Source: Eledone cirrhosa (Eukaryota). From it: 64,000 nucleotides of DNA. Each line of letters starts with the position of its first letter. The stretch's first letter is position 1. The notes beneath the pieces are model-generated. The model saw only the letters and a program-made list of their open reading frames with translations. It was not told where the DNA came from and did no database searches. The stretch is from NCBI GenBank assembly GCA_964016885.1, contig OZ024740.1:359910001-359974000 (forward strand). The letters are read 5' to 3'. The position numbers and the translations under genes are program-made. Below, piece by piece: positions 51,351 to 64,000 of the stretch.

Positions 51351-53239
51351 ATGCATTCAGTCATGAACGCTGCGTTCATAACTAGAAGTGGTGGAGGGGC
51401 GGTAAGAGTGTTAGGCTCTCAGTCACCTCCTCTCACCACCTCAATGAAAGACATCGAAAATGTCAGTTTTGAAAACACGATGTCGGACGTTGATTGTAAC
51501 ATCAACACTAACACAAACACCAATAACATGCAAAATATAAGCAACACCAACCAGAAGAACAACAGCAACAGTAATGACAACAAGAACAACAGCAGCAATA
51601 ATGATAACAACAACAGCAACAATGATAACAACAACACCACCAACAACAACAGCAACACGAACAACTCCACGAACAAGGAAAAGATTTCCTTTGCTCAAAC
51701 CGTCCAAAAGACGGAACTGTTCACATACCTTGACATTTCCAATGCTAGGGAAATGTTAAGCGATGCAAAACAGTACGTAACTTTTGGTGAGAGTGGTGCT
51801 TTCAGCATCACTTCTCCTCAACAGTTACGCAGAGAAACTGTTCTAAAAACAGTAATCTTTAGGACGGTTTCAAATGTGTCGAAAAAACCAGTTCAATTAT
51901 CCCAAAACGATATTGAACTGGTTCTGAAGAATTCCATGAAGGATATTGCCTTCATCCAAAAAGGGAAACTTTTTGGAAGCATTTCGGTGTTGTTGAAAGA
52001 CCAATTGACAGCACAAAAATATTCTGTATCGCCTATTGTCTCCCCCCCTTTACACCTTTTTCCCCACATATATGGGAAACAGAACACAAAAAATAAAAAT
52101 TTTGAACATTGCACCAAATGTAAACGTCTGGTGGATTCTAACTGGCTTCATCGATTTCGACGAAGACGCCATCATTTCGGTGGGAAAGTCCTCTAGAGCC
52201 ACATTCAATGGTACAAGCATGGAAGTTCTGGTCCAAATGAGGCCAGAACGGATAGCTAAAATACCCCAACGTGTGCCTTTGGATGGAATTTCACACATAA
52301 ACATTTCTGTTGAGGGTAGGCGGCCTTCATATTACCACTGTTTAAGCAGTGGTCACCTGAAGGCTTACTGTCCTCAGTTAACTACAAAAAAAAAGAGGCA
52401 CTACCTCCAACACCCAAAACAACAACACAACCACCACCACCACCACCACAACAACAACAACAACACGCAAACACAACCAAAACAAGAACAACAAACCAAC
52501 CTGCAGGCACAGTCCCACCCAGTCCCACACCACCTAAAACCACTGCAAAAACACCCACAAACACAACAGCTCCCCAAAACATACCCCTTCCAAATAACAC
52601 AGACACCACAATGGATGAGGCCCCCACATCATCACCAAGTGATGATGAGGGAGAGCCTCTCCGTTCGAAAAAAAAGAAGAAAAGACACCACAAGAACAAA
52701 AAAACAACAAACATCACTACAAACATACAACCACCAACACAAACAACACAAACATTACAAACAAAAATCCCCCGCCCCGAAAACAAAACCACGACATTAC
52801 TCCAAACAAAACGAAAGCTCCCACAAGAACAACAGACAAAATCCACCGCAACACAACAAGAACATTACACATACATAAACAGTAAAAACAAAACGTTAAT
52901 GGAGATCATATCCAACGACCCTTCGGTTTTCACCGAAGGGAAAAATTTTTCGAACTGTGTAGACAAACCTAATTTAAAGATGATTAGGTCCCTACGGACA
53001 CCTATAAGTCTTTAAAGGAAAAATTTCCTAAGGACGTGGGTAATCCTTGTGTTAAACCCATTAACCGCGTCCTTTTAAAAAGTTTCCCCACCCTCACCCC
53101 AGACACACCCACTCCAGACACCCCCACCCCACCAAACATCTCCGTCCCCACCCCGCCGGAAACCACCACCCACCCAGAAAACCCCTCTAACACCCCCATG
53201 GAAACTGTGCGGCCTGATCCCCGGGAGACGAAGAGGTGA
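51351..53239 (+). pseudogene. LINE ORF1 (Asn-rich N-terminus, gag-like Zn knuckle, T/P/Q-rich tail), frameshifted
   Basis: KEKISFAQTV; ISVEGRRPSYYHCLSSGHLKAYCP (CCHC with first C changed to Y); split over ORFs 51351-52196, 52036-52878, 52611-53015, 53036-53239. Confidence 0.8.
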
Positions 53240-53276
53240 GTGTTTTCTTCCCCTCTTTTAACTTTTCAGAACCAAC

Positions 53277-56200
53277 ATGGCCAATATAAGAGTTGGATGT
53301 GTGAATGTACGCGGCCTGGGGATGCCCTGGAAACAGGGCAAACTCTTAAACGACCTCAGGTCGCACAGTATGGATGTAGTAGCCATTTGCGAGTCCAGGA
53401 TCCACAGCGAGCGACAGCTGGCCCCCATCTTCGATGACTTTGAGATCTACGCATCTCTCTGTCGGCCGGGGGTGGGGGCGGGTTGCGTTTTGCTGCGGAA
53501 ACACCTGGACCTCGTAACACAGACGGTACATCTGGACCCGGAGGGTCGACTGGTGGCCCTAGACGTTGACGGTAGTGAAGGTGGAGCCTTCAGGCTGGTG
53601 GCCGCATATGACCCATCCGGGACACTGCGACCAGACTTCTTCAAACGTCTAGAGACTTTTCTGGGAACGTCCCGCTCCTTGCTTTTAGTGAGGGACTGGA
53701 ATGGAATCCTAGATGCACGTTGGGACTATGTGGGAGCATGTCCCGATAAAGGGGGGTGTAACAGCCTCAAACAGTTAATCGGCCGATTTGACCTGGCCGA
53801 TAGATATCGACTAGATTTTCCGACTGTGCCACTGTGAACGTGGACTAATCGCAGCGGAACATCTAGATCGTACCTAGATAGGGTTCTAGTTAGAAATAAG
53901 GATAGGGACATGTTAAGCTGTCCACAAATGTTCATGGTTGCCTATTCAGATCACAAACTAGTGACCTGCATAGTCAACCTTGATAGAACCGATAGACAAG
54001 GACCCGGCTACTGGAAGCTGAACTTGTCGTTACCGACATGCAAAGCCTACAGTAGACGGGTTAGCACTTTAGTTAAACAGCACTTGACAGGGGCCATTGT
54101 CAACAACAGATGGTGGTACTCTCTCAAGAGGGCAGTTAGATTAGACTCGTTAGTTTTAAGTAAAGAATTAGGTTTAAATAGAAATAGAACCGAGAAGGAA
54201 CTGGTAGATAAAGTAGAAGAGGCAATTAGAAGTGGCAACATAGCCAGCATGCTAGCAACGAGAACGGCCTTGGACCAGTTCTTCGACGCAAAGCACGAGG
54301 GCTGCGTTGTCAGAAGCAAAATACGTGCTCTGGGAAACGAGGGAGCCAAAGCTGTTAGCTGGGCCCGAGTGACGGAGGCAAAAAGTGGCAACAAGTCCAC
54401 GATTCGGTCTTTGAAGGAGCAAAACGGACGCGTAATACGTGAGCCGAAGCAGATGTGTGCGGCCTTTCAGCGGCACTTTGCTCAACTGTTCGGGCAGGGC
54501 AGCGCGCCGGGAGGAGCTATGGATTTTGGTCCATACCTCGACGGCCTACCGTGACTCTCGGACAGCGAGGCAAAGTCTGCGAAAAGCCGATTTCGGCCGC
54601 TGAGATAGGGGACGCGCTGAGCCAATGCAGCAAACGCAAATCTCCAGGTCTCGACGGTCTACCCTACGAATTTTACGTAGCAATGCCGGACTTATTCTCC
54701 GGTCTCCTGGAAGCGGTCTACTGCAACTGGCAACAGAACGGGAGAATTCCCAGTTCTGTGACCGGGGGCGTAATCACACTAGTCAGGAAGGACGAGAATA
54801 AGGAGGATGACATGGGCAACTTCCCGCCCATAACTCTGCTAAACACAGAGTTACAGATTTTGGCCAAGGTGTTGGCAAAGAGGCTGGCGCTTGTCGTCGA
54901 AAACCTGGTGGGAGAAGCGCAAGCATGCGCAATCCCGACCAGGTCCATACACGACAACCTCCACCTCATGCGATACATCATAGAGAGGGTAGGGTGTAAA
55001 CCCGGCTTCGGTGGGGCCCTGATCAACTTGGATCAGTCTAAGGCTTTCGATAGGGTTGACCATCGTTACCTGGATGCGGTGCTCGAGGCGGCAGGCTTCG
55101 GATCCGTGTTCAGGGGCTGGATTGCTGCAATGCACAACAGCAACATCTGCTCAAGGGTCAAGGTGAACGGCTACCTCTCGGAGCCGTTCCATATCACGCG
55201 ATCCATTCGACAGGGATGCCCTCTCTCCTCCATTCTGTACGTACTGACTCGCGAGCCACTACTGCGGAGGTTGGAGCTATTGCAGGGCATCCCTCTGGAA
55301 CCGGGACTACGGAAAGCGGCGTCGGCCTATGCCGACGACGTGACAGTAATGGTGTCGAGCGCCTCGCAAATCGAGGAAGTCGGCACCTTACTGAAGGAAT
55401 ACGAAAGGTTCACAGGAGCGAAGCTGAACCGGGACAAGTCCATCGATTTGCAACTCGGATCGTGGAGAGGCAAACCGATGCGTTCCGATGGCGTCGTCGG
55501 ACGCTGGACGGAAGGATCGGTAAAGCTGCTCGGGGTCTGGTTTGGTCCGGACCTCCAAGTGGAGAAGAACTGGAACGAGCTGACGGCCATGGTGTTTGCA
55601 CTCACCCAGAAGTGGGCCGAGTACAAACTATCCTTGAAAGGTCGAGCGGAGGTGGCGAACACTTTTATAGCGTCTGCCATCTACTACCGCTTGACCGTCG
55701 TGCCTTGTCCAGCCAAAATGCTCAACAAAATGGAGCGCGCGCTCTTCCAATTCCTTTGGAAGAGGCGGGCTCCTTTGGTGAGAAGATCCATCTGCTGCCA
55801 ACACCCTTCCAACGGAGGGCTGGGGATGCCGTGGCTGACGATGCGCAAACACGCGCTCAGATTGCGGCACCTCTACGTATTCCTCACCAGACAACCGGTG
55901 TGGGCCCCCTTAGTGAGGCGAGCCTTCCCACGACTCGTCTTGCTGACCGAGCTGCAGTCCTGGGTCAAGCAAAGACCGAGGAAAATGGGCGACTGGCACA
56001 TCGAATGTGCTCAGGCGCTCACAGCCCTCTGACAGGCGGACCCGGCGATCAGTGGAGACTCCACTTCGTCACTCTATAGAGGGTTGATCCGCAGCAAGTG
56101 CGACGACGTGCTCGGTGAAACTCTAGGCGTAGGGGAAGACGAACTGACCAGTCTGTTCGGTAGGACCTTCCGCCCGGGTCCGATGGACAACTTCCAAAAG

Positions 56201-56710
56201 TCCCTGGCTTGGCAGTGCTACCGAGGAACTCTACCAGTTCGTGACAAGCTCTACAGACATGGGCGCCCGAGAAAGGACCCTGCAAAAAGATCTGTCCAAG
56301 GTGCGTGCGAGACGAAGAAACCGTCGCGCACGCATTCATACACTGCCCGGGCGTCACCGACCTGTGGGGCTATGTAGAACGACTATTGTCGCGGGTGAGA
56401 CCAATGCGGTTGACCACCGAGTCCATTGTCATGATCAAACCGCCACCCTCCTTCAAAAACGAAGGAGAGGCGGTTTTCCTTTGTGCGATAGCTATGGCGA
56501 AAGAGGTTGTATGGTGGACAAGGTTGAAAGGGCTGAGGTCAGACACCTTTCTCTCTGGCCAACAACTGATCCTTTTTTTTCAAATACCACTTTGGAAGAA
56601 GAATCAGGAGGGAGAGAGAGGTGCTGTACCCCAGCAAGTTTTATGAAAGGTGGGTGAAAGTGGCGAGAATGGCCCGAGTGAATGGGCCTTCTCTCTATAT
56701 CAGCCTGTAG
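53277..56710 (+). pseudogene. LINE ORF2 (APE + RT + C-terminal Zn finger) with stops and frameshifts
   Basis: VGCVNVRGL, DVVAICES, DWNGILD, SDHKLV, GPGYWKLN, KSPGLDGLP, LDQSKAFDRV, IRQGCPLS, AYADDV, GGLGMP, CPRC..ETVAHAFIHC; stops at about 53835, 54552 and 56030. Confidence 0.95.
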
Positions 56711-57399
56711 GTTGAGGAAAAAGAGGAAGAGAGGAAAGGGGTACAAACTCTTCGTACTCCTGGAGATGAGGGTTGCACATTTTTTGTCGGGGGTATGTGT
56801 TACCCATATGTAATGTCTCCCCCTATTGGGGAAAATCGACTAATTTTTAAATTGCATTTGTGATAATATTTTACACGTTTTTATTGTATATAAACTTCTC
56901 CCCTGTATATATTTGTCCCCTTCTTTTGTACCCCTGTGGCTAATAAAGAAACATATATTATAAGGGTACTTTATCACTAAACAATCATTTTTTTTTTTAC
57001 TGATCCCATCTGTTCCCCGCTTGTCTATTTTATTTATCAAGTCCCGACATGTTTTATATACGTATTCGATCAGTTTAAAGTTGGTGTTGCGAACGGCTGG
57101 GAACTTCCAATGAAAGTGTAGAAGGAGTTCATCTTCACAAGAGATAGGCTCTCCTTCACAGATGAATTTCTCTTCGTCGAAGAAGTGCTCCTCCTCACGA
57201 GAAATGTGTTTCTTTTCACAAAAGATGGATTCTTCTTCCTCATTAGAGAATGTCTCCAGCTTCAACCTTTCCCCACCCTTGTTCTTTATCTGCCTGTTGT
57301 TTTAAATATGCCTACAAAAACTACAACTACACAACAGATAAACCAAACTATTTCTGGTATATTTTTTAATTTTATTTTCTTAATACTATTCACAATAAT

Positions 57400-58504
57400 A
57401 ATATTGGTTTCTGATTTAGGCACGAGACCAATAGTTTTGGGGAAGGGGAAAGTCGATTAAATCGAGCCCAGTGCATTACCGGTGTTTTATTTTGTCGACC
57501 CCGTAAGGATGAAAGACAAAGCTAACCTCCACGAGATTTGATCTCAGAAGTAAAGGGCCATAACTCTATGCTGCAAAGCATGGTGTCCGACGCTCTGACA
57601 ATCCCAATAATAATTATTTCTACTTTAGGCACAAGGCCAGCAATTACCCAGTGCATTACTGGTACTTTATTTTATCGACCCCGTAAGGATGAAAGGCAAA
57701 GTCAACCTCGGCGGGATTTGAACTCAGATCGTAAAGGGACGTAACTATGCTGGAAAGCATGGCGTCCGACCCTCTACCGATACTGCCAATCCACAATCCC
57801 AATATTGATATATTGTAACATTTACACATGACAAAAAATTTAAAGTGAAAGAGAATAGTCGTTTAAATTAACTCAAAGCATTGCATAAACACGCATGCGC
57901 AGACATGTACATATAAGTGCATGCTTCGCTGAGGAAAACAAGGCCATTACACTGCATGCTTTTATCTCTCTAAGGGAAAATAAAGTGGTATCCATCAGGC
58001 GAGTTTCTAGTCATGTTAGACTTTTATCAGAGAAAGGATACTCTTCTTCTGTAAAAGAAGAGAGTGGGGTTAAATGAAAGTGAAAGTAAATTATGAAAGT
58101 TACAAAAGTAATAATAATAATAAATAGAGTGGACGAAAGTAAAATGTGACAAAAATTAAATTCCATATTGGTTCTTTAAAAAAAGTAAGATTTCTTATTA
58201 CCGCGGACTTATGTGCATCGGATATCATGAGTGTGATTGGGTGTTTGAAGAGGAATGCTGACAAATGCTGTTGGATTGCTCTCGTTGATCGCCCGCTGGA
58301 AACAGTTTAGCCCAATATAACATAATTGTTTCTACTTTTGGCACAAGGCCAGCAATTACCCAGTGCATTACTGGTACTTTATTTTATCGACCCCGTAAGG
58401 ATGAAAGGCAAAGTGAACCTCGGCGGGATTTGAACTCAGACCGTAAAGGGATGTAACTATGCTGGAAAGCATGGCGTCCGACTCTCTACCGATACTGCCA
58501 ATCC
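57400..58504 (-). mobile_element. SINE family A copies (57400-57605, 57612-57794, 58325-58504)
   Basis: Reverse-complement family A consensus; 57612-57794 is nearly identical to 45695-45881. Confidence 0.9.
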
Positions 58505-58621
58505 AAATCCTACTAAGTATGCATTTGGTGCGCGATGACTGTGCTTCGTGTGTCGGATTAAGTAATGAAGTTGTGAATCACTTACATAATTTTGTGCATC
58601 CAAACGACGAGAGTACACATA

Positions 58622-59586
58622 CTCTCGGGTTCCAAATAATTGTTTCTACTTTTGGCACAAGGCCAGCAATTACCCAGTACATTACTGGTACTTTATTTTA
58701 TCGACCTCTTAAGGATGAAAGGCAAAGTTAATCTCGGCGAGATTTGAACTCAGACCATAAAGGGCCGTAACTCTTTGCTGCAAAGCATGGCGTCAGACCC
58801 TCTACCGATACTGCCAATCCACCGCTCAAATAATAGGGAGGGGTTGGAATAAGCGCGGGCGGGAAGCATTTGCTTAAGTTCTTATAAGTGGGGGGGTTGG
58901 AATAAAAGGGGCAAAGATCGGTAATTGTATATTGTACGTTCGTAAATATGGAATTTCTTGTAATGTTCTTTTTTTGTCAAAATTCGTTTATTGAAGACAT
59001 TTGTCTGGTCAATGCTTCTTTACGGCTGCGAATCGTGCACATTCACGAATCAGACACGGAGATACTTCGAGTCTATTGAGATGTATTTCTATAACAGAAT
59101 ACTCATGATCTCGTACGTCGACCGAATAAATAATGAAGAGGTTTTGAAGAGAGTGAGGATGTAACATGAGATACTGCTCACTATTAAAAAGAGACAACTA
59201 ATGTTCCTATGACATGTCATTATGAAAGGCATGCTGGAAGACCTTTCCATTAGCGGAAATATTCCTGGGAAGCGTGCCAGAGGTCGTCAAAGGAAGTACT
59301 TTTTTGACAATTTCAACATCAAAGCCGCAGAAGTATGTGATCTCGCCCAAGATAGAACATCATGGAACGTCATGGTTCGTCAAACACTGACACAGGGATG
59401 GCACAAGAAGAAGTAGTTTTTTTAAAGTAAAATTATCATTAGATTCTCCAGCTGATGTATCAATATCAATCACTTACAATAAAATTTCACTGGCGATAGA
59501 ACAGCAAAATTTAATAAGCAGTGGGAAGGAGGGCTATCTTAAAAATTAATAAACCGGGGTGTGGGTGATTATTCAACACCTGAGAG
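58622..59586. mobile_element. pogo/Tc1-like MITE with TA TSD carrying a nested SINE and an RTE fragment
   Basis: TA|CTCTCGGGTTCCAAATAAT ... ATTATTCAACACCTGAGAG|TA; nested SINE 58641-58826 with TSD CAAATAAT. Confidence 0.65.
58985..59413 (+). pseudogene. RTE-clade LINE 3' fragment
   Basis: LLYGCESCT...ESIEMYFYNRILMISYVDRINNEEVLKRV, GNIPGKRARGRQR; ends GGCACAAGAAGAAG. Confidence 0.85.
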
Positions 59587-60204
59587 TATGCACCGGATGT
59601 TGGTAAATAAAAAAACTGTGACGACAACGCGAGTGACCGATATTTTGTTCCCGTCGTATTTATACAAACTCATGAATTTTAATCTTATTTTTTGTATAAA
59701 CGAATGTTATATTTCATTTTAAATATGCATATTTTGTATGCAATGTTATATAAGATTCATAGTTTGAGTTTTCTTTTGTACATTATTACTTCTAGTTATT
59801 GAATAGAAATAATACGGTATCTACCACTTTTTTTGCACATTAAAATAAGATTTAATCTAGATTTTTAACGTGAAACTATTTATAGTGTATACAAACTGAG
59901 ACACAGCTAAACTAGTCTATCTAATTTGCATAACAGAGCAAGTACTAGTAGAAAGTCTATGGCGTAACTAAAGCGAGGTTGAAGTTGGGAATTCTGTTTA
60001 AACTAAACAATAAATTAACACCAATGATATACTATAAAAACTCTAAAGTATAAACCTTCTCATCAACAACAGATGAATGGACTGGAGCAATGTGAAATAA
60101 AGTAACTTGCTCAAGAACACAATACGTCGCCGGGAATCGAACATAGTTTAATTTTAAAACACTATGCACTTCACGACCGTGTATACGACACGTAAGAAAT
60201 AATG

Positions 60205-60432
60205 GTTTCTTATATAGGCAGAAGGCCAGCAATTTTTTTTTTGGGGGGGGGGGGGGGGGGAGTCGATGAAATCGACTCCAGTGCGTGTCTGGTACTTTAT
60301 TTTATCGACCCCGTAAGGATGAAAGGCAAAGTTAACCTCGGCGGGATTTGAACTCAGATCATAAAGGGCTGTAACTCTATGCTGCAAAGCATGGCGTCCG
60401 ACCCTCTACCGATACTGCCAATCCACCGCCCT
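60205..60432 (-). mobile_element. SINE family A (long variant) with 16-bp TSD
   Basis: TSD CACGTAAGAAATAATG at 60189-60204 and 60433-60448. Confidence 0.92.
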
Positions 60433-60480
60433 CACGTAAGAAATAATGATAGTATATGACTGTGTTACACACGCACACGC

Positions 60481-60530
<50 letters not shown>

Positions 60531-60799
60531 GTACATATATATATAAGTGTGTGTGTGTGATGTAGACACAATACTATACTTATGTATCTATTAAATATGT
60601 GTTGTGTAAAAACACTACACTCTACGTATGTGTATTATAGAAAAACACTTTACTATACTCATGTATAAGTATGTATATGTGTTATGTTACAACACTATAC
60701 TATACGTATATATATATATATGTTTGTGTGTTATTTAAAGACACTATTCTATACGTATGAGACATGTAAGAACACTAGCACTGTATGATTGTATGTGTG

Positions 60800-61130
60800 G
60801 ACGTAGTATGACCGATTGGTTAGGAAGTTCGCTTAGAAATCATTAGATCCCTCTTTCGAGCCCACTGCGTGGCGTCTTATGTTAGTGTGATAGCCATGGG
60901 TCGACTAATGTCTTGTGAGTAAAACTGGGTGGGCAGAAAGATTGGAATATCCTCGGGTGGACTGTACCTGCAATTCAAAGAGCCAGCCCTCTCACCCACT
61001 ATCTCCCTGAGAATTACGGTAAGGATCCACTTGTATGTGGAATGCCCAGCCACTTACAAGTTAATTTCACGAACAAGCTGTTCCATTCATTGCACAGCTG
61101 GAACATTCAACGTCGAAACCGATGCAGGTC
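60800..61130 (+). mobile_element. CORE-like SINE family B, decayed (partial sibling at 61760-61950)
   Basis: CTCCCTGAGAATTACG...TGTGGAAT...GTTAATTTCACGA...GTCGAAACCGA blocks. Confidence 0.65.
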
Positions 61131-61590
61131 CATTCAATTCCGTTATCTAAATACACTAACAATACTAGTGAGTTGTTAGTGCTATTAGCCACAGTTCAAT
61201 CGTGGCTGAAGAGACTTAAGACGAAATCATACCAACTGTGACCCTCTTCTTGTCGTTTTAGAGGTATCTAGGACTACATTATCTAATCTCTAAGGTGTAA
61301 TTTTATGAAGATTTAAATGCTATTTTTAGCATATCGAGTGACCATAAAGACACCCTCATTGGTTGTTATCGTTTTGACAGATATACAACTGTGTAGCTGT
61401 GTAATGTAGTACACTATACACTCTGTGTGTGTGTGTGTGATGTAAAGACAATATGCACCGAAATGTCACAAATTCTCAGATAAATTACTTAAACAATGGA
61501 TTATAGAAATATCCAGAATTTCATTCCTTTCTTTCTTTACTTATTTTTCGTTCTTTTACATTCTTTCCCCCTTTCTTTGGTCCCTTTTCT

Positions 61591-61639
<49 letters not shown>

Positions 61640-62107
61640 GCAAGCTAGCTAGCTTGCTACTGTCCTACCTACCTGTCTGTCTGGCAGTTCTCACGGAAGA
61701 TAAGTCACAAAGACCTACTCTTCTATTTCAGATTTTACATGTCTTCTTTATATTACGGTTGGATTGGCGGAAATTGTTTGGAAATCCATCAGATAGACTT
61801 GCCTGTAATTCACAGTATCGCGTTGAAACTCTCTGAGAATTACGTTAAGCGTACATATGTCTGTGGAATACTCACCCACTTGCACGGTAATTTAACGAGT
61901 AGATTGTTCCGTTGACAGAACAACTGGAACACACATCGTCGAAACCGACGAATGTCTACTTTCCTCATACTCAGACATTTGTCTCAACAAAGATGGACAC
62001 CGTCAGACATGGAGAAATACAAAAGAATAGCATACGACTTGCCCTTGAAGAATTCATTTTAACCCTGGTGTGACTCTCATGAGAGCCCCTACAGGAATAG
62101 ACTAAAT

Positions 62108-62441
62108 CAGAGGTTCTCAAAATGGGCGCTCCCCCCCCCCCCCGGGCGTTGAGTGGTCCAGGGGCCTAAAGAGGTGGTAAGGGTAGAGATGATATAATAG
62201 TATATTAAATATTATATGATATAGTATATTAAATATTAAATGATATATAAATATAGTATAAAGTAAAAAAATATATATTTATTTATACATAGCATATATT
62301 TATATATAAATTAACGATTTTATTTATTATATATTATTTACAATTTGTGTGTAGGCAGGTCTCTCTGGAAATAGGGTTGGGGCGCTGGGGTATTACGTGG
62401 CCATGAGAGGGGCGGTAGCCCAAAAGGTTTGAGAACCTCTT
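62108..62441. mobile_element. hAT (Charlie-like) MITE
   Basis: TIRs CAGAGGTTCTCAAA / TTTGAGAACCTCTT; TSD GACTAAAT/GTCTAAAT; reverse complement of 43201-43546. Confidence 0.88.
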
Positions 62442-62635
62442 GTCTAAATGATAGAGGAAATGCAGTATATCTGTTCTGTTACACAACGTTATGCCCCATA
62501 CGTTAAAGAAGGCGGTGCCACAGTGTATAGTGTTGCCATATACTAGTCCCAGGTATTCGACAGACTACAAATATACGACAGCTCTGCATGGCCAGAAAAA
62601 GGAAAGTCTGTTTTTAATACGTTATAAAAATGGTA

Positions 62636-63212
62636 GTGATTTCTAATTTTGGCCAAATGCTAGCAATTTGGTGGAAAAAGGAGAGTCGATTATATCGATC
62701 CTAGTATGTTACTGGTACTTTATTTTATCGATCTCTGAAAGATAACAGGAAAAGTTTACTTCGGCAGAATTTGAACTCTGAAAGTAAAGAGCCGTAACTA
62801 TAAGACATATGACATTTCGAGCGACGAAATAATTATTCCAATTTACTGCCCTAATTTCTTACAGATACATAAGACCAGATATTTGTCAGGGGAGAATAGC
62901 CGATCCTATTGCGCTCAGACTGGTATTTTATTTATCGACCCCGAAATGACGAAAGGTAAAGTTGACTCGGCACGATTTGAACTCAGAATCTAAAGATCAG
63001 GAATAAATCCACAAACATTTTCTGTCAATCCAACGCGCGGCAGTATCGGTAGAGGGTCGGGTGCCATGCTTTGACGCATAGAGTTATGGCCCTTGCCATT
63101 CTGAGTTCAAATCCTGCCGAGGTTAACTTTGCCTTTCATCCTTGGTCGATAAAATAAAGTACCAGTAATGCACTGAGTAATTGCTGGCCTTGTGCCAAAA
63201 GTAGAAACAATT
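62636..63212. mobile_element. SINE family A cluster (two decayed minus copies, one plus copy at 63039-63212)
   Basis: Family A central blocks. Confidence 0.8.
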
Positions 63213-63213
63213 A

Positions 63214-63613
63214 TCTATATAGTACTAAACTCTGTGATAGTGTGCTTGTCTGTAATTTAATACAGACAAAACGGCGCATAATGGGAAAATACTTTGAAAG
63301 GAAGTTGCCCCTGGAATGGGAATAACAATGGATATAAAAGAAGTTTCGCGTAAATCGGAGCACGGGTTCCCGATATACGGAGTTTTTCCGGGTACCTTAA
63401 TAAATAGAGAGAGACAGATAAAGAGGTTGTGATAGCGGTTGAACGAGAGAGAGGGAGAGAGAGTACACACACATATATATGGGCCTTCCAATTTCATTTT
63501 ACATTATATACATGTCTGTATATTTTAATTATTTAAAAATTATCTTTAAGTGAACATGATTTTTTTTTAATATTTTTAAGTGAACGTGACCCAACGGGTC
63601 ACGGGTGGTCTAG
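63214..63613 (+). mobile_element. Non-autonomous Helitron (400 bp)
   Basis: A|TCTATATAGTAC start; CGTGACCC-AAC-GGGTCACG hairpin (63585-63603) then CTAG|T at 63610-63613. Confidence 0.75.
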
Positions 63614-63614
63614 T

Positions 63615-63965
63615 TTTTTCTAACATTGGTACAAATCAGCAATTTGAGGGAAGAGAAAATTATACTCACTCTGGAAGGATGAAAAGCAAGGCTAACCTCG
63701 GAGGGATTTGAACTCATGACGTAGAAAGTAATAACTAAATACTGCAAAGCATTTTGTCCAACGCTCTACCGACACTGCTAATCCACTGCTCTTCATTAAT
63801 AGCTTTTAATTTTGGCACAAAGGCCCGAAATGTTGGGGAGAGGGTAAAATTAATTGTATCGACTTGAGTGGTACTTTAATGTATCCACCTCAGACGGATG
63901 AAAGGTAAAGTTAACTGTTAAGTATTTTATCCGACCCCCTAATGATTTTGCCAATCTACCGCCCT
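63615..63965 (-). mobile_element. Two decayed SINE family A-related copies
   Basis: GGATGAAA..GATTTGAACTC..GCCAATC.ACCGCC remnants. Confidence 0.7.
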
Positions 63966-64000
63966 TAAAATAAATCCCAGTATTGAACTAGTATTTTTTT

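Larger units (their letters stand above)
50972..56960 (+). mobile_element. Tx1/L1-clade LINE, near full length, decayed
   Basis: Two-ORF architecture and AATAAA at 56942-56947; 5' boundary approximate, no TSD found. Confidence 0.88.

Noticed and set aside
61203-61237. CTGAAGA-GACTTAAGAC-GAAA-TCATA
   Set aside because: Stem II mismatched, stems I and III marginal, and it lies in a decayed copy of another repeat (cf. about 19155-19225) that lacks the core; likely chance

Overview
AT-rich, repeat-dominated animal genomic DNA. The SINE/LINE/microsatellite make-up suggests an octopus-like cephalopod; this is inference, not a database match. No host protein-coding gene could be supported. Contents: (i) the 5' two-thirds of an RTE-clade LINE with an apparently uninterrupted APE-RT ORF running off the left edge (<1-2215, minus). 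(ii) A 6.7-kb Helitron with exact TC/CTAG ends and a decayed STPR-ZnF-HUH/Y2 Rep-PIF1 helicase gene (23564-30275, minus), plus several non-autonomous Helitrons, including a CTAG|TC head-to-tail junction. (iii) An internally deleted CRE-clade retrotransposon joined to a SINE head. (iv) A near full-length decayed Tx1/L1-clade LINE (about 51.0-57.0 kb). (v) About 30 copies of one tRNA-derived SINE and about 10 of a CORE-like SINE, hAT and pogo MITEs, and very long (TA)n tracts. The most notable unannotated signal is six type-I hammerhead ribozyme motifs with complete catalytic cores (about 12.3, 37.7, 38.7, 44.8, 46.4 and 47.0 kb), plus one variant and one decayed copy. They lie in short non-coding units in or beside (TA)n microsatellites, four with inverted duplications. 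Two related copies show compensatory stem-I changes, and three share an unusual U.U pair at the base of stem II. This points to a family or families of non-autonomous, ribozyme-bearing Penelope-like/retrozyme-type retroelements.
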